A DNA stretch of 45,633 nucleotides from the IMG/VR virus record IMGVR_UViG_3300043119_000202, positions 1-45,633 of that record; one strand, given 5' to 3'. Source of the DNA: a virus. The notes beneath the pieces were generated by a model. That model was not told the origin of the DNA. It did not search any database and saw only the letters and a program-made list of their open reading frames with translations. Position numbers and translations under genes: made by a program. This document shows, piece by piece, positions 1 through 6,335 of the stretch (position 1 is its first letter; every line of letters starts with the position of its first letter).

Positions 1-127
1 CGTGGTTGATCAGCTCAAGAAGAACTTCCCGAACCTGCGCGTAGAAACCGCACCGGAAATGTCCACCGCTGCTGGTGAACTGGTCTACTTGATCGTGGAA
101 GAGTACGAAGGCGTCCGCACCATCGAG
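1..127. repeat. Terminal direct repeat, copy 1. Identical to 45507..45633; an assembly overlap closing a circular or circularly permuted genome.
   Basis: Compared base by base: 1..127 (cgtggttgatcagctcaag...ccgcaccatcgag) recurs exactly at 45507..45633, inside one continuous reading frame. Confidence 0.95.
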
Positions 128-262
128 CCGACCTTCACCGAGAAGATGCGCGTGCATCCGATGGTGCTGGGTCTGTCGAGCTGGCAGCAGAAGCGCAGCC
201 AGGGCACCGTTGGCGCGATTATCTATCGTCCGCTGATGGTCGCCAGTCTGATTCTGACCTAA
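2..262 (+). CDS. Major capsid protein, C-terminal part (continuation of 44764..45633 across the junction; unique part is 128..262)
   Basis: The frame of 2..262 is continuous with the open frame 44764..45633 (45508 corresponds to 2, and 45508-44764 is divisible by 3). The joined product is about 334 aa. It sits directly after the scaffold and cement genes. TAA stop at 260..262. Confidence 0.8.
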   Translation: MVDQLKKNFPNLRVETAPEMSTAAGELVYLIVEEYEGVRTIEPTFTEKMRVHPMVLGLSSWQQKRSQGTVGAIIYRPLMVASLILT

Positions 263-268
263 CATAGC

Positions 269-290
269 GCGGGGCTTCGGCCCCGCCTTT
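269..290 (+). terminator. Hairpin after the capsid gene (attenuator or weak intrinsic terminator)
   Basis: gcggggc-ttcg-gccccgc, a 7-bp GC stem, followed by ctttact. The T tract is short. Confidence 0.45.
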
Positions 291-305
291 ACTACTGGAG
301 AATTT

Positions 306-650
306 ATGAGCACTGTAACTATCGGCTGCAAGCTCCCGAACGGTATCCTGATGTCGGCCCAGGTTGGCGGCAAGGAAGTCGAGTTCCGCATCAACGGCTG
401 GAACCAGAACCTGATCCAGGGGACTGGCCATGGCATCACCCATGACGTGCCGAAAGACCTGTGGGACGCCTGGCGCGAGCAGTTCAAGGACTCCAAGCTG
501 GTCAAGGGCGGCTTTGTGTTTGCCCACGCTCAGGAGCGCTCGGTTAAGTCCGAGGCGAACGAGAAGAAGGGCAACAAGTCTGGCACTGAGCAACTGCCGC
601 AACTGACCGGCGACGCCAAAGAGGGCGGGCTGGGTAAGGTTGAGAAGTAA
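306..650 (+). CDS. Hypothetical head-module protein (114 aa)
   Basis: ATG preceded by ctggag. The ORF is bracketed by hairpins at 269..286 and 669..693. No motif recognised. Confidence 0.7.
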   Translation: MSTVTIGCKLPNGILMSAQVGGKEVEFRINGWNQNLIQGTGHGITHDVPKDLWDAWREQFKDSKLVKGGFVFAHAQERSVKSEANEKKGNKSGTEQLPQLTGDAKEGGLGKVEK

Positions 651-668
651 CCCAGCGCCACATGCAGG

Positions 669-693
669 AAAGCCGCCTTTGTGCGGCTTTTTT
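669..693 (+). terminator. Rho-independent terminator
   Basis: aaagccgc-ctttgt-gcggcttt followed by a T run (tttttt). Confidence 0.75.
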
Positions 694-725
694 GTTATGC
701 TGAAACGAACAACCCACTAGGGCGA

Positions 726-1148
726 ATGATTATGGCCGTTGTAGTTTTTGACATTGCAGAGTTCCGGGCGCTGTACCCGAACATCGTGGCGACCGATGCG
801 CAGCTTCGGATGTTCTTCAGCATTGCCGAGGGATTCCTCGACAACACGGATTGCAGCATCGTGAAGGACGTTGAGGCGCGCAAGACCATGCTTTATTTGC
901 TGGTGGCGCACCTGGCGACGCTGAATCAGCAGGCAGAAAGTGGTAATGCTGTTGTTGGCCGCGTGGCCAGCGCTACGGAAGGTTCCGTGTCGATCTCGCT
1001 GGACTACGGCAGCATGGGCAATAACGAGCGCTGGTATCTACAGACACCATACGGCGCGACCTACTGGCAGATCACCAAGAAGTACCGCTCCTTCCTCTAC
1101 CGCCTCGGCAAGTCGCCCATGCCGGTGCGTAGGACGTATGTTCAATGA
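726..1148 (+). CDS. Head-tail connector protein, DUF4054-like (putative)
   Basis: The ORF-track start at 681 lies inside the terminator, so ATG 726 or 732 is more plausible. Position after the capsid gene. N-terminus MAVVVFDIAEFRALYPN resembles DUF4054 family starts (from memory). Confidence 0.55.
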   Translation: MIMAVVVFDIAEFRALYPNIVATDAQLRMFFSIAEGFLDNTDCSIVKDVEARKTMLYLLVAHLATLNQQAESGNAVVGRVASATEGSVSISLDYGSMGNNERWYLQTPYGATYWQITKKYRSFLYRLGKSPMPVRRTYVQ

Positions 1149-1561
1149 GCCTGGCCGACAAGCTGCAAAAGATCGCCGCCCAGCGTGCGGTTAAGGCGCG
1201 TGTCGGGATTCTTGAAGATAAGACGTACCCGGATGGCGCGGGCGTTGCAGAAGTCGGCTACATGAACGAATACGGCACCGAGACGATCCCGCCGCGCCCG
1301 TTCTTCCGTAAAGCCGTATCGGACAACCGTGACAAACTGCCGGCCATGATGGCGGCGCTTCTCAAGCAACACGACGCGGAAACGGCAATGCGGCTGGTGT
1401 GCGAGCACATGGCGGATGAACTGAAAATGTCCGTCATGACCTGGGAGGAGCCGCCGAACGCGCCGAGCACCATAGCCGCCAAAGGCTACAACGCCCCCCT
1501 ACGCGGCCCCGACCGCCTCCTCCGCAACTCATTCAGCTACGAGATAAATCCATATGATTAA
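1145..1561 (+). CDS. HK97 gp10-like head-tail joining protein (putative)
   Basis: ATGA overlap with the upstream gene. Motif EYGTETIPPRPFF resembles the gp10-family E.G....PARPF signature. Confidence 0.55.
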   Translation: MSLADKLQKIAAQRAVKARVGILEDKTYPDGAGVAEVGYMNEYGTETIPPRPFFRKAVSDNRDKLPAMMAALLKQHDAETAMRLVCEHMADELKMSVMTWEEPPNAPSTIAAKGYNAPLRGPDRLLRNSFSYEINPYD

Positions 1562-1937
1562 CGTCCGCGCAATGGCCAACGGCATGACCAGCCTGGTGAA
1601 CCCTAACCTGGCAGCCGTGCTGAGGGTGAACGAAGGTTCCACGGTTGATTCCGAGGGCAACCAAGTGCCGAACTTCGTCGAGCATCCAATTCAGATTCAG
1701 GCGCAGTCGCTCGGCTCTGAGGAGAAAGACCATCTCGGCCTAGTTGACCGTCAGGGCGAGTACATCACCGTGTACGCATACGGCAGCATCACGGCCATCC
1801 AGCGCTGGCTGGAGCGTGGCGCTTCAGAGCTGGTGTTTACGCCCTACGGTGAGTCTGCGGCTGTCCGCTGGTCGGTTGACAAAGTGCTGGAATCGTACAG
1901 AGCGTGGGTGAGGCTGTTGCTTGTGAGGATTACTTGA
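1554..1937 (+). CDS. Hypothetical head-tail or neck protein (127 aa)
   Basis: Overlapping start (catATGAtt) indicates translational coupling within the morphogenesis operon. Confidence 0.6.
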   Translation: MINVRAMANGMTSLVNPNLAAVLRVNEGSTVDSEGNQVPNFVEHPIQIQAQSLGSEEKDHLGLVDRQGEYITVYAYGSITAIQRWLERGASELVFTPYGESAAVRWSVDKVLESYRAWVRLLLVRIT

Positions 1938-2134
1938 TATAAATTGATGGTGCAAGTCAGAGATGAGCCGCCCATAACAACGCGGAACTCGCTGACAAGA
2001 CAGCCGGGAAAGACCGGCCCGATCACCTGCAATGCATTGGGAGTTCCCGGTGGGCAGGCTGCATCGGAGAGTGATTTGACTCAACGCACAGCCGGCACTC
2101 TGCCGGGACAGATCACTCTACCAATGCACAAAAT

Positions 2135-2209
2135 TGACAAGTAGCACAGCGGTAGTGCCCCCGGCTGTTAACCGGGCGGTCGCAGGTTCGAATCCTGCCT
2201 TGTCAGCCA
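2135..2209 (+). tRNA. tRNA-Asn (anticodon GTT), CCA encoded
   Basis: Manual cloverleaf: acceptor tgacaag/cttgtca; D stem gcac/gtgc; anticodon stem cccgg/ccggg with loop ctGTTaa; T arm gcagg-ttcgaat-cctgc; discriminator g followed by cca. Confidence 0.9.
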
Positions 2210-2215
2210 ATTAAA

Positions 2216-2291
2216 GCCGCTATAGCTCAGACGGCAGAGCGCCTGCCTTGTAAGCAGGATGTCGGGAGTTCGATTCTTCCTGGCGGCACCA
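2216..2291 (+). tRNA. tRNA-Thr (anticodon TGT), CCA encoded
   Basis: Manual cloverleaf: acceptor gccgcta/tggcggc (one G-U pair); D stem gctc/gagc; anticodon stem cctgc/gcagg with loop ctTGTaa; T arm gggag-ttcgatt-cttcc; a followed by cca. Confidence 0.9.
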
Positions 2292-2409
2292 GTCCCCGCA
2301 CCCACGAAACGGGGCGCCACCGGCCAACGCAGGAGCGAACGCCGGCAACGAGATGGACTGTCCCGCCATGGCGGTTAGGGCTTACTTATAAAAGCACTAG
2401 GAGAGAAGC

Positions 2410-2694
2410 ATGAATAGCGAGAATGAGAAGTTGCGGGCGCTGTTGAAGCGCTTATATCCGTCAGTTTCGATATCTGACCAAGTACGGATAGATGAAGCCC
2501 TATCCCAGCAGGCCGAACAGTGGATCAGCGTTCATGACAAATTGCCAGAATGCGGCGAAAGAGTGCTTTGCTGGATAGACATCGGAGATATGAAGTACAC
2601 GGAGGTTGTAACATGGCACGGCTCTTTTTTTGGTGACATTGTGGCGCTTAAAGTCACCCACTGGCTCCCCCTTCCATCCCCTCCTACCCCATAA
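2410..2694 (+). CDS. DUF551-like protein (accessory)
   Basis: RBS aggagag before the ATG. WISVHDKLPECGERVL...THWLPLPSPP matches the DUF551 pattern (from memory). GC is lower than the flanks by eye. Confidence 0.65.
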   Translation: MNSENEKLRALLKRLYPSVSISDQVRIDEALSQQAEQWISVHDKLPECGERVLCWIDIGDMKYTEVVTWHGSFFGDIVALKVTHWLPLPSPPTP

Positions 2695-2715
2695 CCCCGC
2701 ACTAGGACAGAAACC

Positions 2716-3138
2716 ATGACAAAAGAAGAACTTGCAGCACAGTTGAACGGCATTGAGTACCCGGCACATCGCAGCATTACCGGCCACACTATCGAGCAAG
2801 CCAAGGCAGCAGGTTTGGTGATCGTGTACGGTGCCAGCGATGACCTGATGGAATTTGAGGGCGCTATTCGTGACGAAGTTGGATGTTATGACGGAGGTGA
2901 GGCGCTGATCGACAAAGAGGGCGTGTTGCCTGAGTTTGAAAGCGCCAGCGAGGACGAAGACGAATGCGCGAAATACTTCGCCAGAAAGCCGGGCGCCAAG
3001 ATGATCGAAGCGCTATGGTGTGCCGAGCCAGGGTATAGCTGGACGTACAAGACGGATATCCCGCACGCGACGTTCGAGATCGTCGATGATGGCGAGCCGT
3101 ATTGCCTCGGCATCGTGTTCAACATCGACGACCTCTAA
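2716..3138 (+). CDS. Strongly acidic hypothetical protein (140 aa)
   Basis: Clean ORF. Hand count gives about 30 Asp/Glu against about 10 Lys/Arg, including the run SASEDEDE. Confidence 0.65.
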   Translation: MTKEELAAQLNGIEYPAHRSITGHTIEQAKAAGLVIVYGASDDLMEFEGAIRDEVGCYDGGEALIDKEGVLPEFESASEDEDECAKYFARKPGAKMIEALWCAEPGYSWTYKTDIPHATFEIVDDGEPYCLGIVFNIDDL

Positions 3139-3165
3139 CCCACAACCCCACCAATATGCAATACT

Positions 3166-3193
3166 AAGCCCCATCACCGAATGGGGCTTTTTT
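3166..3193 (+). terminator. Rho-independent terminator closing the accessory island
   Basis: aagcccca-tcaccgaa-tggggctt followed by tttttt, abutting the next ATG at 3194. Confidence 0.75.
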
Positions 3194-3703
3194 ATGGCCG
3201 TTTCCACAGACGATCACTACGAAATAATCACCGAGCTTCGGCAGTTCATCCTGGCGACTCTGCCGGATGCTACGCCCGCGCAAGTTATCCGCGACACGCA
3301 GAACTATGCGGCCCTGCCGTATAACGCGATAACTATCGCCATGCTGTTCGATTCAGAGCTGGACTATTCTTCGACGTATTACGATGCAGACGCCGAACTT
3401 GCCGCCGTGCATAACTCAGTCGAGGCGCGAGTGCAGTTTTCGTTCTACGGCAAAGAGGCGCCGAAACGCAGCAGGATCATTGCCCAGTTGTGGCGGAACT
3501 ATTACACATGCGACCGCCTGACCAAGTGCAAACCGCTCTATGTTCAGTCGCGGCAGCGCCTGCCGTATATAAACGACTCTTCCCAATATGAAGACAGGTA
3601 TATCTTAGACCTTGCTTTGCAGTACAATCCCGTGGTAACTCACGCGCAAGACTTTGCGGATAGCGCAGAGATTGCAATCATTCCAGTAAATGAGGGTAGC
3701 TAG
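3194..3703 (+). CDS. Tail-module protein upstream of sheath (tail completion or terminator-like, putative)
   Basis: The ORF-track start at 3020 would run through the terminator and overlap 2716..3138, so I chose ATG 3194 (MAVSTDDHYE). The stop abuts the sheath start at 3704. Confidence 0.55.
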   Translation: MAVSTDDHYEIITELRQFILATLPDATPAQVIRDTQNYAALPYNAITIAMLFDSELDYSSTYYDADAELAAVHNSVEARVQFSFYGKEAPKRSRIIAQLWRNYYTCDRLTKCKPLYVQSRQRLPYINDSSQYEDRYILDLALQYNPVVTHAQDFADSAEIAIIPVNEGS

Positions 3704-5200
3704 ATGGCTTTTAACTCAGTGCCCGCTGATCGCATTGTCAGCGTAGTACCAAGCGCAATTGGAACGGGCGGCACCGCGCTGTCTATGTCCACTCTGCTTG
3801 TTTCCCCCACTACTTCGCCGCGCATCATCGGTGTGCGAGAGTTCGGCAGCGCCGCAGAAGTCGGCCAGGTGTTCGGCCTGCTGTCGGATGAATATGCGTT
3901 CGCTGAGCGCTATTTCCTCGGCTACGAGGGCGCGACCAAGATCCCGGAACGCCTGTGGATGGCCGGCACCAAAGAAACCGCACTGCCTGCCGTTCTGCAA
4001 TCGGCCAGCCTGCGCAGCGTGACGCTTGACAGCATCAAGCAAACCGGCGCGCTAGGTCTGGTCATTGGCGGCACCAACTACAACCTGACCGTGAACCTGA
4101 CCAGCGCTACCAGCTTCAGCGATGCGGCCTCGATCATCACCGCCGCGCTGACCACTGCGACCGCCCCCGCGGCGTGTGCGTTCGTGGCGAGCGCCCAGGT
4201 GTTTGAGATCACCACCACGGCTACCGGTACCGCTGCGACCATCACCCTTGCTACTGGCGCAATGGCAGAAGTCCTGCGACTGAGCGAGGCAGAAGGCGCA
4301 CAGGCAGAGAACGGCACCGCCGCCATGACCGTTGCCGAGGCGCGCAGCTACTACCTGAACTTCACCTACAACTTCGCAGTATTTGCCGATCTGGTTGAGC
4401 CGGACGCCGACACCAAGAAAGAGATTGCCGAGTGGACTACCCTGCGCCGTAGCCGGTTTATGTCTGTCGTGCAGGACACCACTGGCGGCGCTCTGGTAGC
4501 CAACAACCCGGCATCGTTCGGCGCTTGGCTGACCGAGACCGAGCAGGACGGCACCCTGCCGTACTTCGGCAGCATCGACAAGATTGCGGCGCTGTGTGGC
4601 GGTATTGCTGCGATTGACTTCAAGCGCCTGAATGGCCGGCGCAACATCATGTTTATGCGCCAGGCTGGCCTGGCTGCTGACGTGACCAGTGAGGCCGATT
4701 ACACCGCCCTGATCAGCAACGGCTATACGTTCTACGCAGCGTTCGCCACTGCCAACGACCGCTTCCAGTTCCAGACTAATGGCGCAGTTGCCGGCAAATT
4801 CCGCTGGGCTGACAACTACATCAACCAGATCTATCTTAACAGCCAGCTCCAACTGGCCCTGATGAACATGCTGATCAGCTACGGTTCGATCCCCTACAAC
4901 GACGTCGGCAAGGCATACCACCGCGCCGCCGTGATGGACCCCATTAACGAGATGATCAACTTCGGCGGCATTCGCCCGCTGGTTGACCCGGCAGCGCTCA
5001 GCCAACAACAGAAGTCGATCATCAATAGCCAGGCTGGCCGCGATGTTGTGCCTGATCTGCTGGCGAAGGGGTACGTGGTTGATATCAAAACCGCTGATGC
5101 GCAGACTCGCGGGAATCGGGGCAGCATGCCGTTTACGCTGTGGTACACCGACGGCGGCAGTGTCCAGTCGGTCAACCTCGCATCCGTCAACGTACAATAA
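3704..5200 (+). CDS. Tail sheath protein (DUF3383-type, putative)
   Basis: 498 aa, directly followed by a tube-sized gene, a chaperone pair and the tape measure, which is the canonical myovirus order. Confidence 0.7.
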   Translation: MAFNSVPADRIVSVVPSAIGTGGTALSMSTLLVSPTTSPRIIGVREFGSAAEVGQVFGLLSDEYAFAERYFLGYEGATKIPERLWMAGTKETALPAVLQSASLRSVTLDSIKQTGALGLVIGGTNYNLTVNLTSATSFSDAASIITAALTTATAPAACAFVASAQVFEITTTATGTAATITLATGAMAEVLRLSEAEGAQAENGTAAMTVAEARSYYLNFTYNFAVFADLVEPDADTKKEIAEWTTLRRSRFMSVVQDTTGGALVANNPASFGAWLTETEQDGTLPYFGSIDKIAALCGGIAAIDFKRLNGRRNIMFMRQAGLAADVTSEADYTALISNGYTFYAAFATANDRFQFQTNGAVAGKFRWADNYINQIYLNSQLQLALMNMLISYGSIPYNDVGKAYHRAAVMDPINEMINFGGIRPLVDPAALSQQQKSIINSQAGRDVVPDLLAKGYVVDIKTADAQTRGNRGSMPFTLWYTDGGSVQSVNLASVNVQ

Positions 5201-5212
5201 GGAGCCACTGAC

Positions 5213-5659
5213 ATGACAATGGCACAAAACCCCCGCACCATTACCGCCGCGAACAGTATCGTCCTGTTCTCGACTGAGAACTACTTTTCCAGCCCAATCC
5301 AGCTCCAAGGGTTCCAGGCCGATAACGCCTTCGGTTTCGGCGACGCCACCAACGGCGAAACCCGCATCGGCGTTGACGGCCTCCAGTCTGGCGGGTGGGT
5401 TAGCCATGAGGTCGCCTTTACGGTGTTCCTTGAGGCCAACTCTGCGTCCCGCATCCAGATGGAGCAGTTCCGCGCCTACTGCAACGCGCAGAAGGAAACC
5501 GAGCGCGTCACGTTCGATATCACCATGCCGAGCACTGGCCAGCGCGTGAACGCCTCCGGCTTCATGGTCTCGCACAGCGGCGGCACCAGCGCGCAGAAGC
5601 TGCTGGCCGGCACTCAGTACGTGTTCAACCTGGTCATCAACGGTGAGGAAAGCATCTAA
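5213..5659 (+). CDS. Tail tube protein (DUF3277-type, putative)
   Basis: RBS aaggag upstream. 148 aa between the sheath and chaperone genes. Confidence 0.65.
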   Translation: MTMAQNPRTITAANSIVLFSTENYFSSPIQLQGFQADNAFGFGDATNGETRIGVDGLQSGGWVSHEVAFTVFLEANSASRIQMEQFRAYCNAQKETERVTFDITMPSTGQRVNASGFMVSHSGGTSAQKLLAGTQYVFNLVINGEESI

Positions 5660-6105
5660 TGGCGATTCTGACTAAAGAAGTCACGATTGCCGAGGGCAGC
5701 GACGAAGGCAAGACCTTCGTCGTTTCCCAGATGCCCCTGCTTCGTGGCGACCGATGGGCTAACCGTGCGGCGCTGGCGCTGATGAAGTCGGGCGTGGACG
5801 TTTCTTCGCTGAAGGGTCTGGAAGGCGCGCGGTCTGGCGACTTCACCGGCATGCTGGACATTGCCGAGATTCTGAACGCTGTGCTGAAAGCGCTGGGCGG
5901 CATTGAAGAACACGTTGCGCAGGAATTGCTGGACGAGCTGCTGACTGTCGTGAAGCTCAAGCTGCCTGACGGCGCAACACGGCCAATCATCCCGCCAAGC
6001 GAGCATGCAGCCGGCGATATCACCAGCATTGCAACCCTGTGGAAACTGCGCATCGAGGCTATCAAGGTGAACCTTGATTTTTTGAAGGCAGGCGTTACCC
6101 GGTAA
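5659..6105 (+). CDS. Tail assembly chaperone (frame-0 product)
   Basis: Position immediately upstream of the tape measure gene. Contains the slippery run at 6078..6084 near its 3' end. Confidence 0.65.
   Translation: MAILTKEVTIAEGSDEGKTFVVSQMPLLRGDRWANRAALALMKSGVDVSSLKGLEGARSGDFTGMLDIAEILNAVLKALGGIEEHVAQELLDELLTVVKLKLPDGATRPIIPPSEHAAGDITSIATLWKLRIEAIKVNLDFLKAGVTR
6078..6084 (+). promoter_or_regulatory. Candidate -1 programmed ribosomal frameshift heptamer T TTT TTG
   Basis: In the 5659 frame the codons read gat ttt ttg. The -1 frame is open from 6078 through 6335. The site lies 19 nt before the frame-0 stop (taa, 6103..6105). Confidence 0.5.
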
Positions 6106-6119
6106 TTGAGCAGGACGGG

Positions 6120-6335
6120 GTGCAGATGCCGCTGAATCAGGCGGCGTTTGCTCGCTGCGTGAACCTGTCGAGCGAGGCGTACTATTGCATGCACCACAAA
6201 CTTGCAACGTATGCTGAGCTTGACACACAGCTAACGCTAGAAGACGCCTTTAATCTAATCGAGCTACACCACGTATCAACCCACAACGATGGGCTTCTGG
6301 AGTCTTTGAAGAATGAGTTCGCATCTAGTCGATAA
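6120..6335 (+). CDS. Tail assembly chaperone -1 frame extension (fusion about 225 aa), or an independently initiated small ORF
   Basis: Frame is -1 relative to 5659..6105 (6120 mod 3 = 0; 5659 mod 3 = 1). It overlaps the tape measure start at 6313. Confidence 0.5.
   Translation: MQMPLNQAAFARCVNLSSEAYYCMHHKLATYAELDTQLTLEDAFNLIELHHVSTHNDGLLESLKNEFASSR

Noticed and set aside
1-127. Biological direct terminal repeats or a cos site at the window ends
   Set aside because: The repeat sits inside the capsid coding frame, is exactly 127 bp (a typical assembler k-mer), and the terminase type suggests headful packaging. I interpret it as an assembly overlap.
1944-2144. 66-aa plus-strand ORF upstream of the tRNAs
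   Set aside because: It runs into the acceptor stem of tRNA-Asn, has no RBS, and covers a region better explained by hairpins.
2135-2291. The tRNA genes as an attP/integration module indicating a temperate lifestyle
   Set aside because: Both tRNAs are full length with intact cloverleaves. No integrase, excisionase or CI-type repressor gene is present in the complete circular genome.
2292-2409. Possible third tRNA or tRNA-like element after tRNA-Thr. I also considered GGGAGTTC at about 2039..2048 upstream, which resembles the tRNA-Thr T arm.
   Set aside because: I could not build a cloverleaf. There is no matching acceptor stem and no TTCRANY T loop with a 5-bp stem. Only isolated hairpins and palindromes are present.
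4052-5575. 507-aa ORF on the minus strand opposite the sheath and tube genes
   Set aside because: A shadow ORF of the kind common in GC-rich DNA. Its translation is Arg/Gly/Ala-rich and low in complexity. It has no RBS and lies fully antisense to well-supported, syntenic structural genes.
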